NCBI GenBank assembly: GCA_963703285.1
Contig: OY969807.1
Coordinates: forward strand, 288,001-352,000
Direction: 5' to 3'
DNA from: an uncultured Nitrososphaerota archaeon
Lineage (GTDB): Archaea; Thermoproteota; Nitrososphaeria; Nitrososphaerales; Gagatemarchaeaceae
DNA length: 64,000 bases
The notes beneath the pieces were generated by a model. That model worked only from the letters and a program-made list of their open reading frames with translations, was not told the origin of the DNA and ran no database searches. Positions 37,956 to 48,405 of the stretch are shown piece after piece; positions within the stretch are counted from its first letter, which is position 1; each line of letters begins with the position of its first letter. The translations under genes were made by a program, and so were the position numbers.

Positions 37956-38672
37956 ATGAAGGCCCTCATTCTCGCAGGAGGGCAGGGTCTGCGCCTGAGG
38001 CCCCTGACGGACGACAGACCGAAGCCCCTAGTCCTCGTCAACGAGCGTCCCATCGCGGAGTGGCAGATAGACTGGCTGAAGAGGGAGATCCCGCTGGACG
38101 AGGTGGTCTTCCTCAGCGGATACAAGTGGGAACGGCTGAAGGACCACTTCGGCTCCACCTACAACGGCGTCCGTGTCTCCTACAGCGTCGAGGAGACGCC
38201 GCTGGGCACGGGGGGCGCGATCAGGAAGGCCCTCGACGGTCTGTCCTCGCCGGGCGAGAACATCGTCGTCATGAACGGAGACATCATAACCTCCCTCCCG
38301 CTGAAGAACATGCTCGAATCCCACCAGACGCCAGGGACGCAGCCTACCGTCACGATGGCGCTCGTCCCCTACAAGTCAAGGTTCGGGATAGTCCACATCG
38401 ATAAGCTGAAGGTCGTCAGGAAGTTCGAGGAGAAGCCCGAGTTCCCGGACGTCTGGATCAACGGAGGGGTCTACATAATCAACGTTCAGAAGATCGCCAA
38501 GCACCTGCCGGAGGAGGGCGACATCGAGAGGGAGACGTTCCCCAAGCTCGTCCAGTACGCCGAGATAGTCTCCTACCCGTTCTACGGGTTCTGGTCGCTC
38601 ATCGACTCGATCAAGGACCTGCACGAGGTCGAGACAGAGATGAAGGCCCAGCAGGCCGAGCAACGGGGTTAG
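37956..38672 (+). CDS. Sugar-phosphate nucleotidyltransferase
   Basis: ILAGGQGLRLRPLTDDRPKPL; PLGTGGA; FEEKP. Confidence 0.92.
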   Translation: MKALILAGGQGLRLRPLTDDRPKPLVLVNERPIAEWQIDWLKREIPLDEVVFLSGYKWERLKDHFGSTYNGVRVSYSVEETPLGTGGAIRKALDGLSSPGENIVVMNGDIITSLPLKNMLESHQTPGTQPTVTMALVPYKSRFGIVHIDKLKVVRKFEEKPEFPDVWINGGVYIINVQKIAKHLPEEGDIERETFPKLVQYAEIVSYPFYGFWSLIDSIKDLHEVETEMKAQQAEQRG

Positions 38673-38681
38673 GGCTCCGAA

Positions 38682-39266
38682 CTGGTCCGGGAACCCCTTA
38701 GGCTGGCCGGATCCCTCCTCTTCGTCGGGGGTGCCCAGTTCCTCGTGGCCCTCGTGATCGCCGAGGCGGTCTTCCCCGGCTACAGCGTCTCGGCGAACCA
38801 CATAAGCGACCTGGGGGCGGACTGCACCAGCACCTGCATCGTGAACCAGCCTTCTGCCGGCGTCTTCGACGTCAGCGTCTTCATCCTCGGCGTCCTCGGG
38901 CTCGCCGCCGGCTACCTGGTAGTCTCCGGCCGCCACAGGGTCACGGGAGTTCTCACGATGATCGGCAGCATCGGCGCTATGGGGGTCGGTGTGTTCCCCG
39001 AGTCGACGGGAGGGCTCCACGTCCTCGTGTCGTTCATCGCCTTCTTCTTCACCGGTGTCGCGGCCATCTCTTCCTTCCGCCTGCTCGCCCGCCCGATGTC
39101 CTACTTCGCCGTCGTCCTGGGGGCCTTCACCCTCGTCGCCCTGGTCCTCTACGCCAGCGGGACGTACCTGGGGCTGGGCCCGGGAGGGATGGAGAGGATG
39201 GTCGCCTACCCCGCGCTGATCTGGGTGGTCGCAGCTGGGGGTAACCTCGCGGGCCGCGCTGGATAG
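38682..39266 (+). CDS. DUF998 family membrane protein
   Basis: AEAVFPGYS...ISDLG; GVGVFPE; GGMERM..YP; first TM helix extends upstream of GTG 38745 to CTG 38682. Confidence 0.8.
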   Translation: MVREPLRLAGSLLFVGGAQFLVALVIAEAVFPGYSVSANHISDLGADCTSTCIVNQPSAGVFDVSVFILGVLGLAAGYLVVSGRHRVTGVLTMIGSIGAMGVGVFPESTGGLHVLVSFIAFFFTGVAAISSFRLLARPMSYFAVVLGAFTLVALVLYASGTYLGLGPGGMERMVAYPALIWVVAAGGNLAGRAG

Positions 39267-39326
39267 GACTCCACAATCCTTATTATAGCACCTTGGAGTG
39301 CTTCTTTTGGCAAGGACTACAAGACC

Positions 39327-40436
39327 TTGCCCCTAAGTTTCGTCTCAAAACTGAAGAACGCTTCCAATGTCTTCACCTTCCGGGATTTCATACTCCTCCC
39401 GGGTAGGAGCGAGGTCGAGCCGCGCGACATCTCGCTCGCCTCCCATCTGACGAAGAAGATCGCGCTCGAGCTCCCGTTCGTCTCTTCCCCGATGGACACG
39501 GTCACGGAGTGGAGGCTGGCCCTCGAGATGGCGCGTCTCGGTGGCGTCGGCGTGATACACCGGAACCTCTCCATCGAGGACCAGGTCGCGCAGGTAACCA
39601 GGGTGAAGGCATCGAAGGTCCAGGTCAGGTCGGCCGACACCCAGGGACGTCCCCTTGTCGGTGCGTCCGTCTCGCCGATGGATGCCAAGAGGTGCGAAGC
39701 GCTCGACAGGGTCGCTGACTTCCTCGTCGCTGACGTCGCCCACTTCCACAACTCGAACGTCCTCAGGGCAGCCGCGAAGGTCCTCCCTAATCTCAGCAGG
39801 GACTTCATCGCAGGGAACATAGGGACGAGGAGGGCGGTCCACGACATCGTCTCCGAGCTCCCCAGGGTCGACGGCTTTCGCGTGGGGATAGGCTCCGGGT
39901 CCGTCTGCATCACGTCAGAGGTCACGAGGGTCGGCGCCCCAACGCTCTTCGCGGTCGCGGAGGTCGCGACGGCGGCGAGTGAACTCAACGTGGACATCCC
40001 GATAATCGCCGACGGCGGAATAAGGGGCTCCGGGGACGCCTCCCTCGCCTTCGCGGCGGGCGCCTCGACCGTCATGCTCGGTTCGGTCCTGGCGGGCACA
40101 GACGAGTCGCCCAGCAAGGTCATCACGAGGAACGGGAGGAAGGTGAAGGTGCACAGGGGGATGGCAAGCGCCGCGGCCCGGAGGGCCAGGTTCGCGCTCG
40201 ACAGGTACAGCGTGCCCGCGAAGGGGCTCGACGAAGGCGTGGAGGCCTACGTCAACTACGCCGGGAGCGCCGAGGACGTCCTGGGGGGGATGGCAAACGG
40301 GCTCCGGGCCTCGTTCGGGTACGCCGGGGCGAAGAGCATACCTGACCTGTGGGGCGTCGCATCCTTCGGGCTCGTCTCGGCTGTGGGTTACACAGAGCTG
40401 GGGGTCCATTCGTTGACCCTGAAGGGGGGGACCTAG
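39327..40436 (+). CDS. guaB: IMP dehydrogenase (CBS-less)
   Basis: SSPMDTVT; GIGSGSVCIT catalytic Cys; IADGG; RGMAS. Confidence 0.9.
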   Translation: MPLSFVSKLKNASNVFTFRDFILLPGRSEVEPRDISLASHLTKKIALELPFVSSPMDTVTEWRLALEMARLGGVGVIHRNLSIEDQVAQVTRVKASKVQVRSADTQGRPLVGASVSPMDAKRCEALDRVADFLVADVAHFHNSNVLRAAAKVLPNLSRDFIAGNIGTRRAVHDIVSELPRVDGFRVGIGSGSVCITSEVTRVGAPTLFAVAEVATAASELNVDIPIIADGGIRGSGDASLAFAAGASTVMLGSVLAGTDESPSKVITRNGRKVKVHRGMASAAARRARFALDRYSVPAKGLDEGVEAYVNYAGSAEDVLGGMANGLRASFGYAGAKSIPDLWGVASFGLVSAVGYTELGVHSLTLKGGT

Positions 40437-40437
40437 G

Positions 40438-41988
40438 CTGGACGAGGGTCTCCTCGAAGGCGGGATAGCGGTACTCGACTTCGGCGGACAGTACTCGCAC
40501 CTGATCTGCCGGAGGCTGAGGGGACTGGGCGTCTACGCCTCCCTCTTCAGGCACGACACGCCGGTCGAGGAACTGCTCAGGCTCAAGGTCGCGGGCGTCG
40601 TGCTCTCCGGCGGCCCCGCCAGCGTCTACGCCCCCTCCTCTCCACACCCTGACGAGGCGCTCCTTCGCAGTCCCATCCCAGTCCTCGGCATCTGCTACGG
40701 CTACCAGCTCATCGTCCAGGCGCACGGGGGCGAGGTCGAGAGGGCGGCCAGGCGCGAGTACGGCAAGTCCAGCCTCACGATCCTCGACAGGTCGGGCATC
40801 TTCGGCGGCTTCTCCCAGAGCAAGATATCCTGCTGGATGTCCCACGGCGATTCCGCCACCCGCTTGCCGGAGGGGATGTCCGTTCTCGGCGTCAGCGAGA
40901 ACTCCCCCTACGCCGCCGTCCGGTCGGCCGACGGGAGGCAGTACGGCGTGCAGTTCCATCCCGAGGTGGCGCACACGGAGAACGGCAACGCCATCCTCTC
41001 GAACTTCGTCTTCGACGTCTGCGGGGCGAGCAGGAGGTGGAGCATGTCGAGCTTCCTCGAAGACCAAGTGGCCGGGCTGGCCGCCACCATCGACGGCAGG
41101 GTGCTCTGCGCGGTCTCCGGCGGAGTCGACTCCTCGGTCGCGTCGGTCCTCCTCAACCGAGCGGTGGGCGAAAAGCTCCAGTGCGTCTTCATAGACACGG
41201 GCCTCCTCAGGGAGGGGGAGGGAGCCGAGGTCTCCAAGTTCCTCAAGGAGGACCTAGGCGTCCCAGTGGATTCGGTCGACGCCTCCCGGACGTTCATAGA
41301 GGCCCTGCGCGGCGTCTCCGAGCCGGAGGCCAAGCGCAAGGTCATAGGGCGAGTCTTCGGCGACGTCTTCGAGCGGTACGCAAGGGAGCGGGGGCCCTTC
41401 CGCTACCTCGCCCAGGGGACGCTCTATCCCGACGTCATCGAGAGCGGCCACTCGTCCGCTCCTGCCTCCGTGATCAAGACACACCACAACGTGGGCGGCC
41501 TCCCGAAGGATCTCTCTCTGGAGGTGGTCGAGCCGCTCCGCGCACTCTACAAGGACGAGGTCCGCTCGCTCGGGGCCCTCCTTGGCCTACCGGCGAAGGT
41601 CCTGCAGAGGCACCCCTTCCCGGGGCCTGGCCTAGCGGTGAGGATAATCGGCGAGGTGACGCCCGAGAAGCTCAGGGTCTGCCGGGAGTCGAACAGGGTG
41701 GTCGAGGGCGCGCTCCTCGAGGAGGGCGTCTACAACAAGGTCTGGCAGGGCTTCGCCTACGTCGGTGACGACAGGGTGACGGGAGTGCTCGGGGACGAGA
41801 GGAGGGTCGGATACCAGGTCACCGTCAAGATCGTGGAGTCGATCGACGCCATGACGGCCGACTGGTACAGGGCTCCCCACGCCCTCCTCGAGAAGATCTC
41901 CGCGAAGATCACGAACGAGGTGGAGGGCGTGGTGAGCGTGGTCTACTCGATCTCCTCCAAGCCTCCGGCGACCATAGAGCCCCAGTGA
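40438..41988 (+). CDS. guaA: GMP synthase (glutamine-hydrolysing)
   Basis: VLDFGGQYSHLI lies upstream of GTG 40600, implying CTG start 40438; GICYG; QFHPE; SGGVDS; HPFPGPGL. Confidence 0.92.
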   Translation: MDEGLLEGGIAVLDFGGQYSHLICRRLRGLGVYASLFRHDTPVEELLRLKVAGVVLSGGPASVYAPSSPHPDEALLRSPIPVLGICYGYQLIVQAHGGEVERAARREYGKSSLTILDRSGIFGGFSQSKISCWMSHGDSATRLPEGMSVLGVSENSPYAAVRSADGRQYGVQFHPEVAHTENGNAILSNFVFDVCGASRRWSMSSFLEDQVAGLAATIDGRVLCAVSGGVDSSVASVLLNRAVGEKLQCVFIDTGLLREGEGAEVSKFLKEDLGVPVDSVDASRTFIEALRGVSEPEAKRKVIGRVFGDVFERYARERGPFRYLAQGTLYPDVIESGHSSAPASVIKTHHNVGGLPKDLSLEVVEPLRALYKDEVRSLGALLGLPAKVLQRHPFPGPGLAVRIIGEVTPEKLRVCRESNRVVEGALLEEGVYNKVWQGFAYVGDDRVTGVLGDERRVGYQVTVKIVESIDAMTADWYRAPHALLEKISAKITNEVEGVVSVVYSISSKPPATIEPQ

Positions 41989-41992
41989 GAGT

Positions 41993-42980
41993 ATGTCGCA
42001 CTTCCTCGGCCCCCAGACGAAGCTCGCCGAGCTCCACGTCCACCTGGGGAGCTCCGTCGACCCCTCGGTGATGTGGGAGATAGCCCACGCCCAGGGCATC
42101 AAGCTGCCCACCAAGGACTACTGGCGCTTCACGGACATGATCACCGTCAACCCCCGCAAGGTCAAGTCCTTCGACGACTACCTCGAGATGTTCAAGTGGA
42201 CCGAGCTGATCCAGTCCAGCCCCCTGGCGATAGAGCAGTCCGTCTACCACACTATTGCCGGCGCCTACAGGAAGAACAACATAACCCTGCTGGAGCTCCG
42301 CTTCAACCCCATGAAGCGGAACAGGGGCGGAGAGCAGGACCTGGACCAGATAATGATGGCGGCGATCCGGGGGATCGACAGGTCCTCGCTCGAGTATCCC
42401 GTTCGCACAGGGCTGATCGTCTGCCTCGACAGGACGTTCAGCCACTCCCAGAACGAGATACTCCTGGAGAAGGCGCTCCGATACCGTTCCAGGGGCGTCG
42501 TCGGCATAGACATAGCGGGGCCGCACAGCAAGCGGTTCCGCTACTCCGAGTGCAAGGACCTCTACAGGCGCGCGCAGGGACGAGGGGCTCGGGCTCACAG
42601 TCCATGCAGGCGAGGACGAGGGGCACAACTCCGTGAGGGAGGTCATCAAGCAACTGCAGCCCGACAGGATCGGCCACGGCGTCAGATCGATAGAGAACGA
42701 CCGCACCCTCGAGATGGTCAGGCAGGCGGGGGTCACCCTCGAGGTCTGCCCATCCTCGAACCTGAACACCCGCGTGATCAAGGGGGTGGGACACATGAAG
42801 CAGATCTTCAGGGCTTTCGAGTCCCGCCACATCAAGTACACCATAAACACGGACGGTCCCGAGATGCTCATGACCAACCTTAGGGGCGAAATCGACTTCC
42901 TCCTCCGCAACGGGATCCTGAACGAGGAGGACGTGCTGCGGGCAAACCGCTACGCGTTCGCGGCCTCGTTCATCAAGTGA
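41993..42980 (+). pseudogene. add: Adenosine deaminase, frameshifted
   Basis: ELHVHL in the first frame; TVHAGE, RIGHG, CPSSN and INTD in a second frame; one extra base near 42575. Confidence 0.8.
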
Positions 42981-43141
42981 CGCAGACGGAAGTTCCTCCC
43001 TGGCGCCTTCTGGGACCGGGCGCTCAAGGACAGACCTCGCTGCGGGCCGAGAGGGTTCTTCATGAGCACCTACGGCATAGGCTAAAGGGTCTTCCCGATG
43101 GTAACGTATATCGGCACCCCCTAGGTGCCCGGAATGAAGCC

Positions 43142-43666
43142 TTGGTCTCGAAGAGTCCGCCGGAGGGTCCTGACGAGGTCGACGACGCGCTCGACGAAGG
43201 ATGCTACTATCTCTCCATCCTGGGACTCAAACCCGAGGAGGTCGGTGAGAGGTTCGAGATATCTGGACAGGAAGTCCTGAGGCGGAAGACGCGGTTCGAG
43301 ACGAGGGTCAGGAGTGGCGAACTCGCAGAGGAGAGCGTCTCGCTCGAATTCTGGAAGAGCGTCAGGGAGGAGGCGGAGGGCAACGTGAAGGTCACCTTCG
43401 TCAGCGGGAGGGGTTTCCACCACGCCTGGCGGTCGGACCTGAAGAAGTTCGACGGGCCCACGCTCCTGGCCATCTACGAGTCCTGCAAGGAGTTCCTGAA
43501 CCTGGACCCCAACGCGCGCTTCCTCCAGTACGATGCCCCCAAGAACTACGACCCGCTGGCGATGCAGAGGGAGATCTCCAAGGCGGTCGTCGTCGTGGGG
43601 AACCTCCTCGAGGAGAGGTGGAAGCAGGAGGGCGCTGAAGGGTCGCGGACGGAGCCTGGGCGCTAG
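43142..43666 (+). CDS. Hypothetical protein, possible HTH
   Basis: Host-like codon usage; GLKPEEVGERFEISGQEV; TTG start inferred. Confidence 0.55.
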   Translation: MVSKSPPEGPDEVDDALDEGCYYLSILGLKPEEVGERFEISGQEVLRRKTRFETRVRSGELAEESVSLEFWKSVREEAEGNVKVTFVSGRGFHHAWRSDLKKFDGPTLLAIYESCKEFLNLDPNARFLQYDAPKNYDPLAMQREISKAVVVVGNLLEERWKQEGAEGSRTEPGR

Positions 43667-44718
43667 CGCACGGTGATGCGGACCCTCTCGACCGCGTTGT
43701 AGCCGTACTGGAACCTGTTCTCGAACGGCTCGGGGGGCTGGACGTTCCCGAGTTCGTCGGCGGCCCTGGCTGAGATCACAAGCCCGCCCCGCCTCTCCGG
43801 CGTCCATTTCATCCTCCAGGGCACCCAGGCGTACCTTCCCCCCTTCGTACGGCCGAGCACCGCTCTCTCCCACCCCCCTCCCAGGTCGACCTCCACGGTG
43901 GTAACCCTCCCGCTTCCCGACCACGCCATCCCCGTCACCTCCGTCGGCTTGCCCAGCCCGAGCTCTTCACCCTCCAGCGGGCGTGTGATCAGGGACTTCA
44001 CCCTCATCTCCCTCACCGGTTCCCGCCTCTCCCGCGACCCCGCCCCGGTGACGTAGACGTACTTCACGCCGTTGAAGTACGGCGGGGTCCCCCGCCCCGA
44101 GACGACCCCCACCCTGCCAATCCACTTGACAGAAGCCATGCCGTACCAGCCGGGGACGATCAGCCTCGCCGGATACCCGTGCTCCCTCGTGAGCGTCCTT
44201 CCGTTCATGCGAAGCGCTACAATGGTCCCCGCGTCCAGTGCCTTCTCAATTGGGAGGGAACGCGCAAATGCGACGCGGCCTGCGCCTGGGACCTCACCCG
44301 AGTCCGAGCCCTCTGTCACGACTTTGGTCGCGGTCTTCCTCGGGCGGCAACTGCCGAGGACCTCGCGCAGCGGCACCCCCGTCCAGATCGCCGTACCGAC
44401 GGCGCCGTGACCCCACCGCACCTCTCCCTCTGCGGCCGTCGCGAATCCCTTCCTGCCGTTGCCCGCGCACTCGAGCGTGACCGGGATTGTCACCGTCGGC
44501 ATGGCGAGGAGCTCGTCATAGGTGAAATCGCGCGGGGAATCGACGTCCCCATCAACCCTGAGCTTCCAGGTCGCGGCCTCCAGGCTCGGCATGTCGAAGT
44601 GGGTTCTGACGAAGAACGACGAGGTTGGGGTCGTCGGGGTACGGAGCACCGTCCTGGGCGCCTCCGCGTTCAGGGGAGAGTCCCTCACTACGATCATCCG
44701 CGCTTCGGCCTTCTTCAT
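43663..44718 (-). CDS. Sulfite oxidase-family molybdopterin oxidoreductase
   Basis: FFVRTH; LECAGNGR; HGYPARLIVPGWYGMASVKW. Confidence 0.9.
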   Translation of the reverse strand: MKKAEARMIVVRDSPLNAEAPRTVLRTPTTPTSSFFVRTHFDMPSLEAATWKLRVDGDVDSPRDFTYDELLAMPTVTIPVTLECAGNGRKGFATAAEGEVRWGHGAVGTAIWTGVPLREVLGSCRPRKTATKVVTEGSDSGEVPGAGRVAFARSLPIEKALDAGTIVALRMNGRTLTREHGYPARLIVPGWYGMASVKWIGRVGVVSGRGTPPYFNGVKYVYVTGAGSRERREPVREMRVKSLITRPLEGEELGLGKPTEVTGMAWSGSGRVTTVEVDLGGGWERAVLGRTKGGRYAWVPWRMKWTPERRGGLVISARAADELGNVQPPEPFENRFQYGYNAVERVRITVR

Positions 44719-44829
44719 GCCCCCCGAGCGTGCCACGCCCGGCCCTTATACGCGCTTGCGGACGCCTCGCCACCAAAGTCTTAAAATGAGGCCATCACCG
44801 GGCAAAACTCAAGAGGGCCAGCAGTCAGC

Positions 44830-45864
44830 ATGGAAGTTCTCTCCGTCGAACGGCTTGCCTCGGTCCTCTCCAGATTTCAGGGCAGGCGGATACTCGTCGT
44901 GGGCGACCTCATAGTGAGCAGGTTCGTGGAGGTCTCCGCGCGGAAGCTTGCGCGGGAGGCCCCGGTTCCGGCTGGCGACTACGTCGGAGAGACGCTTCTC
45001 CCCGGAGGGGCGGCGAACCTGGCCAGGGAGATTTCTTCGCTGGGAGCCAACGTCTCGGTCCTCGGGGTCGTGGGCGACGACGCCCAGGGAGCGTGGCTCA
45101 GGGAGGACCTCAACAGGAACGGGATCGGCACCGCAGGGATCGCTGTCGACAAGAACAGACCCAGCTCGCTCCGCACGTGGGTGATGGTGAACCGGCTGCA
45201 CTACCTCAGGATCGACCAGGAGACGCGGAAGGACATCCCCCCTGTGACGACGCGGGCGTTCATCGAGGCCGCCACGGGGGAGATCCCCAGCGTCGACGCC
45301 GTCGTCCTCTCGGACTACGACAGGGGGGTGATCGGCCCCATGCTCATAGACGGAGTCGTCTCCGCCGCGAAGGAGTCGAAGAAGATCGTAGTCGCCCAGC
45401 CCAAGATGCGCCACTACCTCGACTTCTCGGGCGTGACCTACATCAAGTCGAACATGGAGGAGGCGACGCACGCCACCGGCATGAGCATGGTGAACGAGAC
45501 GAGCCTGCGGAACATGGGCGTCAACCTGATGCAGAGGCTCGACTGCAAGGGGATGCTCATCACGAGGGGCGAGCAGGGGATGACAGTCTTCGAGAGGGAC
45601 CAGATAACGAACTACCCGCCGATCTACGGCAGGAGGAACTTCTTCAGTAAGGTGGGCGTGAGGGACGCCATGACAGGGGTCTTCGCCCTGGGGGTCGCGG
45701 CGGGAGGGTCCATCACGGAGGCCGCCTGCCTCTCCAACATCGCGGGGCCGCTGAGGTCGGACAAGGCGCGCAACGTGACGCTGACTACCTCGGACTTCCA
45801 AGCGGGATTCGACGAGCTTGGTGACTTTTTACAGCGGATTTCCCAGGCCCCCGTGAGGAGGTAG
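44830..45864 (+). CDS. PfkB-family kinase, RfaE/HldE domain I-like
   Basis: VVGDL; REAPVP; GGAANLA; LSDYDRG; ITRGEQGM. Confidence 0.82.
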   Translation: MEVLSVERLASVLSRFQGRRILVVGDLIVSRFVEVSARKLAREAPVPAGDYVGETLLPGGAANLAREISSLGANVSVLGVVGDDAQGAWLREDLNRNGIGTAGIAVDKNRPSSLRTWVMVNRLHYLRIDQETRKDIPPVTTRAFIEAATGEIPSVDAVVLSDYDRGVIGPMLIDGVVSAAKESKKIVVAQPKMRHYLDFSGVTYIKSNMEEATHATGMSMVNETSLRNMGVNLMQRLDCKGMLITRGEQGMTVFERDQITNYPPIYGRRNFFSKVGVRDAMTGVFALGVAAGGSITEAACLSNIAGPLRSDKARNVTLTTSDFQAGFDELGDFLQRISQAPVRR

Positions 45865-45870
45865 AGCCAG

Positions 45871-46689
45871 ATGGAGACAGCCCACGAGGCCGCCAGGCTT
45901 CAGGAGATATCGAGGAACACTAGGAAGCTCATCCTGGGGACGCTGGCCGAGGCGGGGTCGGGCCACCCCGGCGGCTCGCTCTCTGCCGTCGAACTACTGG
46001 TGACGCTCTACTTCTACAAGATGAAGCACGACCCGAAGAACCCCCACTGGCCCGACCGTGACCGGTTCATCCTGTCGAAGGGTCACGCCGCACCCCTGCT
46101 CTACTCGATTCTCGCCCAGGCGGGATACTTCCCCGCACAGGAGCTACTCTCCCTCCGCAAGCTCGGGGCCCTCCTGCAGGGCCACCCCGACCTCAGGATC
46201 CCGGGGGTGGAGATGCCCGCCGGCTCAGAAGGCATCGGCCTCTCCGTGGGCGTGGGCGAAGCCCTCGCCGGGAAGCTCGACGGCAAGTCCTATCGCACCT
46301 ACGTTCTCATGGGTGACGGCGAGCAGCAGGAGGGAGAGGTGTGGGAGGCAGCGATGTCGGCCTCGAAGTTCAAGCTCGACAACCTGACCGCGATAATCGA
46401 CAGGAACGGCATCCAGCAGGACGGGCTGACCGAGCAGATAATGCCGCTGGAGCCCCTGGCGTCGAAGTGGCGCGCGTTCAACTGGAACGTCATAGAGGTG
46501 GACGGCTATGACTACCTCCAGCTCATAGACGCCTTCGACAACGCGGAGATGACCAAGCACCGGCCGACTATGATCATCGCGCACACGGTCAAGGGGAAGG
46601 GCGTCTCGTTCATGGAGTGGTCACCCACCTATCACGGCACCGCGCCCTCCAAGGACAAGATGACGGCCATCTACGACGAGTTGAAGTGA
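45871..46689 (+). CDS. Transketolase N-terminal subunit
   Basis: SGHPGGSLS; DRFILSKGH; GDGEQQEG. Confidence 0.92.
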   Translation: METAHEAARLQEISRNTRKLILGTLAEAGSGHPGGSLSAVELLVTLYFYKMKHDPKNPHWPDRDRFILSKGHAAPLLYSILAQAGYFPAQELLSLRKLGALLQGHPDLRIPGVEMPAGSEGIGLSVGVGEALAGKLDGKSYRTYVLMGDGEQQEGEVWEAAMSASKFKLDNLTAIIDRNGIQQDGLTEQIMPLEPLASKWRAFNWNVIEVDGYDYLQLIDAFDNAEMTKHRPTMIIAHTVKGKGVSFMEWSPTYHGTAPSKDKMTAIYDELK

Positions 46690-46691
46690 CC

Positions 46692-47378
46692 ATGAGGCCC
46701 ATCAAGATCGCCCCCTCCATCCTCGCCTCCGACCTGAGCAACCTGAGGGAGGGCCTCGAGATCGCATCGCGGGGCGGGGCGGACCAGATCCACCTCGACG
46801 TCATCGACGGACGGTTCGCCCCCAACATAACCTTCGGGCCCGGGACCGTCAAGGCGCTCCGCCCGCGCAGCAGGATCAAGTTCGACACTCACCTCATGAT
46901 TGCCGACCCGCAGCTGTACGTCGACAAGTTCCTCGAGGCAGGGTCGGACCTCCTGACCTTCCAGGCCGAGGTGCTCGACTCGGCTGCCTTCGACGCTCTC
47001 CACTCCAGGATCAGCTCGAAGGGCAAGGAGATGGGGCTCGCGCTCAGACCCGAGACTCAGCTCCCGAAGTGGGCCGAGGACCGGCTGCACGCGCTCAGCG
47101 CTCTCCTCCTCCTCACGGTCAACCCGGGCTTCAGCGGCCAGGCCATGGAGGTAGGCGTCTTCCCCAAGATAGAGAGGATGAGCGCGCTCGTGGCCGAGAG
47201 GGGACTGGACCTGGACCTCGAGGTCGACGGAGGCATCGACGAAGGGAACGTCGGGGAGGTAGCGAAGCGCGGGGGGAACGTCTTCGTGGCCGGCGCAGGC
47301 GTCTACGGAAAGCCTGACCCGGTACGCTCCATAGGCGAGCTGAGGGCGAGGGCCCAGGCGGCGAGGGGTGGGAGCTGA
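46692..47378 (+). CDS. rpe: Ribulose-phosphate 3-epimerase
   Basis: IAPSIL; HLDVIDG.F.PN; DTHLM; VNPGFSGQ; EVDGG. Confidence 0.93.
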   Translation: MRPIKIAPSILASDLSNLREGLEIASRGGADQIHLDVIDGRFAPNITFGPGTVKALRPRSRIKFDTHLMIADPQLYVDKFLEAGSDLLTFQAEVLDSAAFDALHSRISSKGKEMGLALRPETQLPKWAEDRLHALSALLLLTVNPGFSGQAMEVGVFPKIERMSALVAERGLDLDLEVDGGIDEGNVGEVAKRGGNVFVAGAGVYGKPDPVRSIGELRARAQAARGGS

Positions 47379-48376
47379 TGCTCGAAAAGCTGGCATCGAT
47401 GCGGTCGGCCTACGGGGAGGCCCTGGTCGAGCTCGGGGAGAGTCACCCGAACCTCGTGGTCCTGGGCGCCGACACAACGGAGTCGATCAAGTCGGGGATG
47501 TTCGGCTCCAAGTACCCAGAGCGCTTCTTCAACGTCGGGATAGCGGAGCAGAACCTGGTCGGGGTCGCGGCGGGGCTAGCCCTCGCGGGCAAGACGGCCT
47601 TCGCAGGGACCTACGCCATCTTCGTCCCGGGAAAGTGCGTCGACCAGATCCGGAACATCGTCGCCTACGCAGACCTTGACGTCAAGCTGATCTGCTCCCA
47701 CGGCGGGATATCGGTGGGGCCGGACGGGGCGTCCCACCAGCAGCTCGAGGACATCGCCATCATGCGCGCCATCCCCAAGATGCGCGTGATCGTGCCCTCC
47801 GACTCCGTCTCGACGAAGGGCATAGTCAAGGCGATCGCGGACATCCGGGGTCCCTTCTACGTCCGCCTGACGCGGGGCGTCGTGAAGGGGTCCTCAGTCC
47901 CGGTGATATACGAGACGGGATTCGAATTTAGGCTCGGGTCGGCCAACGTCCTGAGGGACGGGAGCGACGTGGCGATCTTCGCCTGCGGCGTGATGGTCGC
48001 GGAGGCCCTCAGGGCCGCCGACTCGCTCGGAGCCCGCGGGATAAACGCCGCGGTGATAGATTCCCACACCGTCAAGCCCATCGACGAGGCGCTCGTGCGG
48101 AAGTATGCGAGGCAGTGCGGCTCGATAGTGACCGTTGAGGAGCACAACGTCCTTGGAGGGCTCGGGTCCGCCGTCTGCGAGGTAGTGACTGACGACCATC
48201 CCGTGAGGGTCAAGAGGGTCGGGGTGAACGACAGGTTCGGAGAAAGCGGCGAGGCCCCCGAGCTCTTCGAGAAGTACGGGCTCACGGCCCGCAAGATAGA
48301 GGAAGCGGCCGTCACGGTACGCGGCGAGAAGGGACAAACCGATTCCTCCGTTGCCTCTATCGGTACCAAAACTTAA
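47378..48376 (+). CDS. Transketolase C-terminal subunit
   Basis: GIAEQN; GPDGASHQ; TVEEH. Confidence 0.92.
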   Translation: MLEKLASMRSAYGEALVELGESHPNLVVLGADTTESIKSGMFGSKYPERFFNVGIAEQNLVGVAAGLALAGKTAFAGTYAIFVPGKCVDQIRNIVAYADLDVKLICSHGGISVGPDGASHQQLEDIAIMRAIPKMRVIVPSDSVSTKGIVKAIADIRGPFYVRLTRGVVKGSSVPVIYETGFEFRLGSANVLRDGSDVAIFACGVMVAEALRAADSLGARGINAAVIDSHTVKPIDEALVRKYARQCGSIVTVEEHNVLGGLGSAVCEVVTDDHPVRVKRVGVNDRFGESGEAPELFEKYGLTARKIEEAAVTVRGEKGQTDSSVASIGTKT

Positions 48377-48405
48377 ATCGGGTAAGGGAGCCGCGGGCTG
48401 ACCTC

